From Promethearchaeum syntrophicum (lineage in GTDB: Archaea; Asgardarchaeota; Lokiarchaeia; Sigyniarchaeales; Promethearchaeaceae), in contig NZ_CP042905.2 of NCBI RefSeq assembly GCF_008000775.2, positions 150,001 through 182,000 on the forward strand: 32,000 nucleotides of DNA, read 5' to 3'. This document shows, piece by piece, positions 9,231-16,892 of this stretch (the stretch's first letter is position 1; each line of letters starts with the position of its first letter). Under the pieces are notes generated by a model. The model was given only the letters and a program-made list of their open reading frames with translations. It did no database searches and was not told the origin of the DNA. A program made the translations under genes and the position numbers.

Positions 9231-10259
9231 TTGTTCCAATCCCAATATATTATTAATCAGAACGATTCAAACATTTGTCCAGAATGTGAGTCAAAATTGA
9301 TTCAAAATGGACATGAAAATGTTTGTGAAAATTGTGGTCTAGTAATTGATTCTGTTTTATTTGTTGATAGCTTTCAATTCAATGATACTATTAATTCAGA
9401 TTTATCTACAGGAGATCAATTTGTATCTGTTGGAAAAACTATCGATAATATCTGTACTTTAGGAAGTCATATCGATTTTTTCTCAACAAAAGTATTTTGT
9501 GATTATAAACGAAAAACTATTTCTTCAAATCTTCAAAAGAAATTCAGAAAATTAAAATCGTACACTTTTCCTATAAAAATAAAAAACCATGAAACAGATT
9601 ATAGAGTTTTAAGGATATTAAATAGTATTATTAAATATTTAGGGTTGTCTTCAATAGTAAAGAATCGCGCTGCCTATTATTATCAATCAATAAAACGTCG
9701 ATCTCCATCGATTCGAAATCATATTTCGTTAATTGGTTTTTGTATTTTTTACGCTTCGAGAGAGTTTTGCTCAAATGCTCCAGTTAGTATTCGTGAAATT
9801 TGTAATATATTTAACATAAAAGGTCATAGGGTTAGTCCCAGATTAATTATAAGAGATAGTATTGATTATCAAAAATACCTAAATAAAAAAAATCATCCAC
9901 ATAGAAGTGAAGATTATATCTCAAGATTTATCAATTCAATTGTAAGCTCACCTGAAGTTGTAAATAGAATGAAGAAAAAACAATCTATTTGGACAAGAGC
10001 AATTTATAAAAACCTTTTAACAAATAAATGTAATTTTATAATTGAAAGCATTAATAAAGGGAGAAAGCGGTCATGGAACCCTTTTATTCTTGCTGGTGCA
10101 ACAGTTTATTGTGCAGATAAATTGCTTGCAAAAGAATATGATACAAAATCAATATTAACTCAAAAAATTGCTTCAAATGCAATGAATATTGCAGAATATT
10201 CAATCCGAGACCATTATGTTAAAATTCTAAAACCACTATTTGATTCTATAAACCTATAA
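9231..10259 (+). CDS. tfb: Transcription initiation factor B (TFB/TFIIB), divergent paralogue
   Basis: N-terminal zinc ribbon CPEC..CENCG, linker ICTLGSHIDFF, two cyclin-like repeats (VLRILNSIIKYLGLSSIVKNRAAYYYQSIKR...; RSWNPFILAGATVYCADKLLAKEYDTKSILTQKIASNAMNIAEYSIRDHYVKI). Confidence 0.85.
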   Translation: MFQSQYIINQNDSNICPECESKLIQNGHENVCENCGLVIDSVLFVDSFQFNDTINSDLSTGDQFVSVGKTIDNICTLGSHIDFFSTKVFCDYKRKTISSNLQKKFRKLKSYTFPIKIKNHETDYRVLRILNSIIKYLGLSSIVKNRAAYYYQSIKRRSPSIRNHISLIGFCIFYASREFCSNAPVSIREICNIFNIKGHRVSPRLIIRDSIDYQKYLNKKNHPHRSEDYISRFINSIVSSPEVVNRMKKKQSIWTRAIYKNLLTNKCNFIIESINKGRKRSWNPFILAGATVYCADKLLAKEYDTKSILTQKIASNAMNIAEYSIRDHYVKILKPLFDSINL

Positions 10260-11532
10260 GTGAATGATTTAAATACCCAGTTATTTTAGTATTCTTATTT
10301 TGTCCAACAACTGCGTTTTTATTCAAAACTGGTATATAATATAAATTTCTTCCCATATACGAAAATTGCGCATTCTCTCGAAATTCATTATAAAACACCA
10401 TGCCTTCCCATCCTTCCCATTGTTTATTAAAATTATCTGAGTAATCAGAAAAAATTATTGACAATTTCTTAGATCTCTCCTTTATTATTTGGGAATTCAA
10501 CTGTTTATATTTTTTTGCCTCTGTATTTGGTCTAACAGTAAATTTTGAGATATTTAGAATATTAGGTTTCCATTTTTTTATGAATTTTTCAGTTAGAGCA
10601 TAATCATCATCTGATTCACTAGGAAATCCAATAATAACATCAGTTCCAATTCCAAAAAGTTCATCAAATTTCTTCAATTTTAAAAAAATTGTTTCCACGT
10701 CTTCAATAATATAATGCCTTTTCATTTTTTTTAATATTTTATTACTTCCAGATTGAATTGGAATATGAAGAAATCGATAAAAGCGTTTATCATTAAATAT
10801 TTCTTGGAATTCAGAATAAAATTTTTTTAAATAATCAGGATTTATCATTCCCAATCGAAAATGAAGATTACCATCTAAATTAGATATTTCTTTAAGTAAA
10901 TGATGCAATTTTTTACCTTCGAAATCATAATTCCCAAGATCTTGACTAGTAATATGAAATTCTTTAATTCCTTTTGATATTAAAATTTCAAATTGTCTTA
11001 TAATTAATTTCGAATCAAAAGAATGTAATTTTCCACGAGCATTTGTAGTACAACAATATGAGCAGTTGTTATTGCACCCTTCAGAAATTTGAATAATAGA
11101 TATTGGTGATTTGCGATTAATATGAGGAATAATTATTGATTTTTCTTTATAATCCGGAAGCTTTTGGTTGAAAGTTTCATTTTTGAAAAGAATATTTAAT
11201 AAATTTGGAATATCTTGAATATTTAGAATGAATCCCTTCTTAGAGATCATACTTTCAATTTTATTGAAGATTTTTTTATCTATTTGTGGGAGACAACCAG
11301 TAATAATATAATATTTTGAGGGGAATTTCTGAACTAAATTTGAGATATAATAAAGAATTTTAGATTCAGTGGAAAGTTTGACTGCACAAGTATTTATAAC
11401 CACAATATCAGCTGATATTAATTTTTTTTTTTTGATACCATAGTCTTCAAAAATTTTTTCAATTTTTAGAGAATCCCCTTGATTAAAAGTACATCCATAA
11501 GTAATTATAAAATAACTTCTCAGATTGATCAT
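10246..11532 (-). CDS. Radical SAM tRNA methylthiotransferase (archaeal/CDKAL1-like MTTase, probable t6A37 to ms2t6A37)
   Basis: UPF0004-like N-terminus with TYGCTFNQGDS, INTCAV, ITGCLPQ cysteines; radical SAM CNNNCSYCCTTNARGKL; C-terminal TRAM-like region. Confidence 0.88.
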   Translation of the reverse strand: MINLRSYFIITYGCTFNQGDSLKIEKIFEDYGIKKKKLISADIVVINTCAVKLSTESKILYYISNLVQKFPSKYYIITGCLPQIDKKIFNKIESMISKKGFILNIQDIPNLLNILFKNETFNQKLPDYKEKSIIIPHINRKSPISIIQISEGCNNNCSYCCTTNARGKLHSFDSKLIIRQFEILISKGIKEFHITSQDLGNYDFEGKKLHHLLKEISNLDGNLHFRLGMINPDYLKKFYSEFQEIFNDKRFYRFLHIPIQSGSNKILKKMKRHYIIEDVETIFLKLKKFDELFGIGTDVIIGFPSESDDDYALTEKFIKKWKPNILNISKFTVRPNTEAKKYKQLNSQIIKERSKKLSIIFSDYSDNFNKQWEGWEGMVFYNEFRENAQFSYMGRNLYYIPVLNKNAVVGQNKNTKITGYLNHSLIGL

Positions 11533-11584
11533 GGTTATAACTGTTTAAATTTAGTAAAATGATTATTTTTTTTATGGAAAAAAG

Positions 11585-11659
11585 TGCTTCTATCGGGATT
11601 CGAACCCGAGTCACAAGGGTGAGGGCCTCGCATGCTTGACCGAACTACACTATAGAAGC
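11585..11659 (-). tRNA. tRNA-Glu(CTC)
   Basis: GCTTCTATAGTGTAGTTCGGTCAAGCATGCGAGGCCCTCACCCTTGTGACTCGGGTTCGAATCCCGATAGAAGCA; acceptor GCTTCTA/TAGAAGC, T stem TCGGG/CCCGA, anticodon stem CGAGG/CCTTG with loop CCCTCAC. Confidence 0.9.
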
Positions 11660-11714
11660 GTTTTTTGAAGATAGACCGACCAATCATTTTTGAAAATCAT
11701 TTTGTTTTTTTTTT

Positions 11715-12110
11715 TTAAGAGATTTTCTTAATTTTAATGATTAAATCTAAGGTTTGACTAATATTTGAAATAATTTTTTCAATTACTAATAAATCATCAG
11801 TTTCTTCTAATTTTTTGGATAAACGTGAAACTAGATTAAAAAAAATATCATTTAATTTTAAAAGATTATTTGATATGTGTTTTTTAATTGGAATATTATT
11901 GCTTGATTCAATTTTCTCTTCAGCTATTTGCGATTTTTTATTTTCCAAATCATTATTTACGATAATTACTTCTCGATCACAGATTGGACAATAAATTTTT
12001 TCATTCTTTAAGCGAAAAAGAATATTATTACAATTTGGGCAATATTTATCCAACATGGTTGCCCCACTTCTTAACAAAGTAGCCATTTTTTTGATATTTT
12101 GCTCTACCAT
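11715..12110 (-). CDS. UPF0148 / Sjogren's syndrome-scleroderma autoantigen 1 (p27)-like zinc protein
   Basis: MATLLRSGATMLDKYCPNCNNILFRLKNEKIYCPICDREV: CPxC...CPxC zinc ribbon typical of the family. Confidence 0.75.
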   Translation of the reverse strand: MVEQNIKKMATLLRSGATMLDKYCPNCNNILFRLKNEKIYCPICDREVIIVNNDLENKKSQIAEEKIESSNNIPIKKHISNNLLKLNDIFFNLVSRLSKKLEETDDLLVIEKIISNISQTLDLIIKIKKIS

Positions 12111-12112
12111 TC

Positions 12113-12343
12113 TTAAACATTCTTTGTTTGAAGATTCTCTTCATTTGTTTTTTGATTTTTAACTAAATGAGTAATATATCCCGCAATTCTGTTTCTTACT
12201 GGTTTTGATTGAATTATTGCATATTTTTCTAATTGCATTTTGTTTTCTTCAAAAACTGTTGTGAAAACTGTAGGATACATTTCTACTAACTCTTTTGATA
12301 CTTTCTTTATGAATACTGGACGAACTTTTCCCATATAAATCAC
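12113..12343 (-). CDS. rps17e: Ribosomal protein S17e (eS17)
   Basis: GKVRPVFIKKVSKELVEMYPTVFTTVFEENKMQLEKYAIIQSKPVRNRIAGYITHLVK is the S17e signature. Confidence 0.95.
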   Translation of the reverse strand: MIYMGKVRPVFIKKVSKELVEMYPTVFTTVFEENKMQLEKYAIIQSKPVRNRIAGYITHLVKNQKTNEENLQTKNV

Positions 12344-12406
12344 TCAATAGTCAAAAAATCATGAAAAAATTTTAACTTTGTGTTTTATTAAAAATACGAC
12401 TTTTAA

Positions 12407-14170
12407 ATGCTTAGATGGAAATTTTATTTGATGAAAAAACAGGCTTTATTTCTAATAATTAATTTCTTAATAATCTTTCAGTGTTTTCCGAATACAAATG
12501 CCTATTTACTATTTGAACCTTATCCAAATATTGAAACTGATAAACAGAATTACTTTTTGGATGAAAATATCTCAATTAATGCATCTTGGAATATTTATAA
12601 TTCTATAGATGAAGAAACTTATATAAATATTTTTTTCGTCGACAATGATCCTGAGATCTTAACTCCAAGTTGGGTTATAAATAATTCTCTTCATGTTATT
12701 GAATGTTCTTTTGAAAATGGAATCAATAATTTTCAAACTTCTATTCAAAGTTCCATTTTTTCTTTAAATTCCACTCAATTTCCTATTAATTTATGGGTTG
12801 TTTTAATAATTTTTAACATGCAATATGAGATATTGATAAATGACAATATTTTTTGGAATTGGACGCAAATTAGTTTAAATAAATATAATCCGATATTTTC
12901 TAATGATTTAGAAAACCAAACAAATCTGGAATATAAGGAAAATTATTTTATAAACAATTCAATAATTGCGCAACAAAATAGTTCAAAAATTTACTCGGGT
13001 GGTTCTGTTTCAGCAACTTTGAAATTAGATTCATTGTTAATTGATATAGAAGAATATATTATTTCAGACAATGGAAGTATTTTAATAGATATAAATGATT
13101 TTGATATAAGTAATATTGGTTTATATAACCTTTCTTTAATAATTTTAGAGAATGAACTATTTTTTGGTAGAGAATTACATCAGATTATAAATATTACCGA
13201 AAAAAACATTAAAATATCTGCTATGAATAATAGAAATTGTATATATAATTCTTCAGTCGACTTTTTTCTAATGGAAATTCAATTATTGGATAGAAATAAC
13301 ATCACAGTAGTTCTAGACGACCCATTTTGGATCATTGAGACAGATTTTATTCAAAAAGATTCACTTTTTTTGAATAATTGCTACTATTTTAAATTTATTT
13401 ATCCAGAACATTCAGGAAAATATTTCGTTAACATATCTGCATTCAAATATGGATATCATTTCAATTCGTCTTATTTTACATTTGAATTTAATGAATTTCC
13501 TATTGCAGATTTTTTCTCATCATCAAATGAATTAATTGTAGGGCAAACAGCTCATTTTTTTTATTCCGGAACAGAATTTGATGAAAATTTATTTTTTCTA
13601 TGGGATTTTGGAGATAAATTTGGAACTGCTAATGAAATAAACCCCTACTATATATATGAAATTCCAGGGATTTACACAGTTATTCTTTCTATTTATGATA
13701 TTAATGGAGATAGAGTAGTTGTTGAAAAGAATAATTATATCAAAGTTTTTGAAGATACTGTTCCCGAAGCGAATTTTACATTTAATACTAATTCTTTAAT
13801 TAAAAATGAAGAGATTCAATTCGTTTTTACTGGAACTTCAGGAAATGGATTAACCTCTTTTATTTGGGATTTTGGAGATAATTTTGGAATTTCTCATGAA
13901 AAGGATCCAATATATTCATACAAAGTTCCAGGAAGATATACTGTCATTTTGATAGTAATAGATCTAGATGGAGATAATAATACATTTATTCAAAATATAC
14001 GAATTTTAGAACATTCAGATAATTTAAATCTTAACGGTGTTGTTGAAAACAGGATATTTATATTAATTTTAATTTTCACTTTCTTAATTGGTTCAATTTT
14101 TATCGTATATACAAGAATTAAACAAAGAAATATTTCAAAAAAGATTCCATTAAAATCATTAACATTGTAA
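12407..14170 (+). CDS. Secreted, membrane-anchored surface protein with two PKD domains
   Basis: Signal-like N-terminus ALFLIINFLIIFQCF; two PKD motifs (FLWDFGDKFGTANEINPYYIYEIPGIYTVILSIYD; FIWDFGDNFGISHEKDPIYSYKVPGRYTVILIVIDLDGD); C-terminal TM ILILIFTFLIGSIFIVY followed by a basic tail. Confidence 0.85.
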   Translation: MLRWKFYLMKKQALFLIINFLIIFQCFPNTNAYLLFEPYPNIETDKQNYFLDENISINASWNIYNSIDEETYINIFFVDNDPEILTPSWVINNSLHVIECSFENGINNFQTSIQSSIFSLNSTQFPINLWVVLIIFNMQYEILINDNIFWNWTQISLNKYNPIFSNDLENQTNLEYKENYFINNSIIAQQNSSKIYSGGSVSATLKLDSLLIDIEEYIISDNGSILIDINDFDISNIGLYNLSLIILENELFFGRELHQIINITEKNIKISAMNNRNCIYNSSVDFFLMEIQLLDRNNITVVLDDPFWIIETDFIQKDSLFLNNCYYFKFIYPEHSGKYFVNISAFKYGYHFNSSYFTFEFNEFPIADFFSSSNELIVGQTAHFFYSGTEFDENLFFLWDFGDKFGTANEINPYYIYEIPGIYTVILSIYDINGDRVVVEKNNYIKVFEDTVPEANFTFNTNSLIKNEEIQFVFTGTSGNGLTSFIWDFGDNFGISHEKDPIYSYKVPGRYTVILIVIDLDGDNNTFIQNIRILEHSDNLNLNGVVENRIFILILIFTFLIGSIFIVYTRIKQRNISKKIPLKSLTL

Positions 14171-14367
14171 TATTATAGATAATATTAGAGCATTTATGGA
14201 TTAAATACCCGCTTTTTTGTATGTAATCATTGAGACATCAGACTTTTCGGGATACTAAAGCGAAATCTCGACAATTTAATGCTTTTTTTCCCTTTCTTCA
14301 AGGATCTTAGTCGTTTCAATCTAGGCAAAGAAAATTTCTCATGAATTCGATTCAATCATAGATTTTT

Positions 14368-14394
14368 CTTAGATAGATACGTTTCTATTCTAAG
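14368..14394. other. Imperfect hairpin (10 bp with one bulged nt) in the intergenic region before the pilin gene
   Basis: CTTAGATAGA(TACGTT)TCTA(T)TCTAAG. Confidence 0.4.
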
Positions 14395-14491
14395 GTTTGA
14401 TTTTCATCAAGATTATAATCTCCTTGGTCGAGAATAAGAAGCGAGGTTCCTCATTGTTAAAAAACAACGTAAGTCTCTTAATCCTAAATGC

Positions 14492-14498
14492 ATATATT
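14492..14498 (+). promoter_or_regulatory. Candidate TATA box for the pilus-like locus
   Basis: ATATATT within AAATGCATATATTCTTAAA, about 70 nt upstream of the pilin ATG. Confidence 0.35.
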
Positions 14499-14564
14499 CT
14501 TAAAATTTGATTATAGAAAAATTTTTCGTTGTTTAAATTATTTCAAACTTAAGATTATTGAACA

Positions 14565-14771
14565 ATGTATAAAAAAAAATTCTTTCAGGAATTTCTACGT
14601 AATCTAAAGAAATTTATCAAAGATGAAGAGGGGAGTTCTACTATTGAATCTGGCCTATTGATTGCATTATCAATGATATTATTCCTATTATTAATAAGTA
14701 TTGCTCAAAATATTTATACATGGATTGAATCAACAGTTTTCGATGTATTGAATTTTGATTTTTTTAGATAA
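14565..14771 (+). CDS. Flp/Tad-type IVb prepilin-like protein
   Basis: 68 aa; FLRNLKKFIKDEEG|SSTIESGLLIALSMILFLLLISIAQNIYTWI: Gly at -1, Glu at +5, then a hydrophobic helix. Confidence 0.75.
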   Translation: MYKKKFFQEFLRNLKKFIKDEEGSSTIESGLLIALSMILFLLLISIAQNIYTWIESTVFDVLNFDFFR

Positions 14772-14861
14772 TGATAAATCAATAAATCATCAGTCCCTTG
14801 ATATTTTATTTTTATCCGACAAATTTCTTATTTAGATTTTAATTTTGGGGAGGAAAGATAA

Positions 14862-16070
14862 TTGACAATAAATTACTTGGAAGATCAATATTGTAGGAAT
14901 AGCTTATTTTTGAATGAAAAATATTTTGAGGTGAATTACCTTCCTGATCAAATAAAACATCGAGAACAAGAATTAATAATGCTCTCAAAGATATTTATTA
15001 AATTGATAGAAACACCTTTTCGAATATCAAGGAAAGTTATGATTCATGGTGATGTTGGAATTGGAAAAACTGCAATAACAAGAACATTTGGAAGAATGCT
15101 ATTGCTTTCTGCAAAAAAAAGAAATATCAAAATTAAGTATGTACATATAAATTGCAGAATAGAAAAATCTAATTTTAAAATTTTGAATCAAGTTCTAAGA
15201 AAATTAAATATCCCAGTTCCAATTCGTGGTTTTTCTCCTCAGGATTTAATAACAATGCTTCAAGATTACCTTATAAAAAATGAAATTTATTTGGTTTTAG
15301 TACTTGATGAATTAAATCATATTCAAAATTTTGATACAAATTTTGATATTATTTATTCTTTAACTCGGATGAATGACTCAGATAATGGTAAAAATTTTTT
15401 GTCTTTAATAGTTATCGTTCGAGATATTACGCTTTTGAGGAATTTAGATGAATCTACTATAAGTACTCTTCAAGGAAATATTCTAACTTTAAAAAAATAC
15501 ACTATTAATCAAATTGTAGATATTTTAAATTTCAGAATTGATAAAGGATTAAAAAAAGGGATTATTACAGAATCAAATGTACATTTAATTGCTGAAAAAA
15601 TATCAGATTCTGGAGATATAAGGAAAGGATTAAATATTATTAGAAATGCCGTTAAAATCACAGAAGCTAAAGACAAATCTCATGTATCTGGTAATGAATT
15701 ACAAATTGCTTTTAATAATTTAATACCTAGTTTACAAGACGATGCTTTAAGTATCCTTACCTATCATATGACTTTGCTTCTATACGTTATTACTGTTTTA
15801 TTGATGGAGAGAAAAGAGAAAAGGGTGATATTTTCAGAGATTCAAAAAAAATATGAAGAAATTTGTTTCTTATATCAAGAAACTCCTAAAAAGAGCACAC
15901 AAATTTGGAATAACCTCCAAAGTCTTAAGAATTATTCTTTAATTAAAATTAAGACTATTTCAAAGAAGGTAAAGGGAAGAAAATCATATTGTTCAATCAA
16001 CTCAATCCCTATTAATATTTTAAATGAAGAATTAAACCAAAAAATAAGAAATTTTCTCTCAACGAGATAG
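14862..16070 (+). CDS. Orc1/Cdc6-like AAA+ ATPase
   Basis: YLPDQIKHREQELIMLSKIF, Walker A MIHGDVGIGKTAITRTFG, Walker B LVLVLDELNHI, sensor-2-like SGDIRKGLNIIRNAVKITEA, C-terminal winged-helix-like region. Confidence 0.82.
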   Translation: MTINYLEDQYCRNSLFLNEKYFEVNYLPDQIKHREQELIMLSKIFIKLIETPFRISRKVMIHGDVGIGKTAITRTFGRMLLLSAKKRNIKIKYVHINCRIEKSNFKILNQVLRKLNIPVPIRGFSPQDLITMLQDYLIKNEIYLVLVLDELNHIQNFDTNFDIIYSLTRMNDSDNGKNFLSLIVIVRDITLLRNLDESTISTLQGNILTLKKYTINQIVDILNFRIDKGLKKGIITESNVHLIAEKISDSGDIRKGLNIIRNAVKITEAKDKSHVSGNELQIAFNNLIPSLQDDALSILTYHMTLLLYVITVLLMERKEKRVIFSEIQKKYEEICFLYQETPKKSTQIWNNLQSLKNYSLIKIKTISKKVKGRKSYCSINSIPINILNEELNQKIRNFLSTR

Positions 16071-16077
16071 ATCGAAA

Positions 16078-16380
16078 ATGGAAAAGACCATATTACCTTC
16101 AGAAATTGTAAATATTGAAGATATATTTTCTTCAAGGGGTAGAGCTAAAATTATTAAGTTACTCGCTTTAAGAGATGAACTAAATATTTCGAAAATTGTG
16201 GATTTAACAGGATTGAATCATTTAAGTGTAAAAACACATTTAATTTTCTTCAAAGGAATAAATTTTGTTCAAGAAAAAAAATTTGGGAGAATTAGAATAT
16301 ATAGATTTAAAACTGAAAATCTTAAAGCTAAAGCGTTAAAAAACTTAATTCAATTTTGGGAATATGAGAATGGATTATAA
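16078..16380 (+). CDS. ArsR-like winged-helix transcriptional regulator
   Basis: FSSRGRAKIIKLLALRDELNISKIVDLTGLNHLSVKTHLIFFKGINFVQEKKFGRIRIYRF is a typical wHTH pattern; 17-nt overlap with the next gene. Confidence 0.75.
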   Translation: MEKTILPSEIVNIEDIFSSRGRAKIIKLLALRDELNISKIVDLTGLNHLSVKTHLIFFKGINFVQEKKFGRIRIYRFKTENLKAKALKNLIQFWEYENGL

Positions 16381-16855
16381 AATTTCTGTAAAAATCATCA
16401 TTCTTATTATTTTTCTGGCAATCTATGCAATAAATGACATTGTGAATCAAAAAGTATCAAATTTTTTTATTTTAAGTGCATGTTCTATCAATTTATTTTT
16501 GAATTTTCTTTTTGATGATAACATTTGGGGATCTTCTTTAATATATACCCCTCTTTTTATAATTTCATTATATTATTGGAAAAAGGGATATATCGGAGGA
16601 GGAGATCTAAAATCTATTATGGTAGTTCTATATTTTATAAATTTTGAATATTCAGTATCAATTTGCTTATTAATTGATAAAAAAACACCAGATATTATTG
16701 AGCTTTTTATTTTTTTTTTCCTTTTATTAGCAATAAAAAAGCCAAATCTAATATCAATATTATTTGAAAACCCAAATATTTATAAAATTAAATCAGAAAA
16801 ATACTCAATATTACCCTATTTTTTTATTTCTTATCTATTGGCTTTAATATTTTAA
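16364..16855 (+). CDS. Type IV prepilin peptidase, A24/PibD-FlaK-like
   Basis: First catalytic Asp region AINDIVNQKVSN; GxGD motif YIGGGDLKSIMV; multiple hydrophobic segments. Confidence 0.85.
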   Translation: MRMDYKISVKIIILIIFLAIYAINDIVNQKVSNFFILSACSINLFLNFLFDDNIWGSSLIYTPLFIISLYYWKKGYIGGGDLKSIMVVLYFINFEYSVSICLLIDKKTPDIIELFIFFFLLLAIKKPNLISILFENPNIYKIKSEKYSILPYFFISYLLALIF

Positions 16856-16892
16856 TTAGAACTTTAAAAATTTTTTTCTAAGAAAAGAAACA

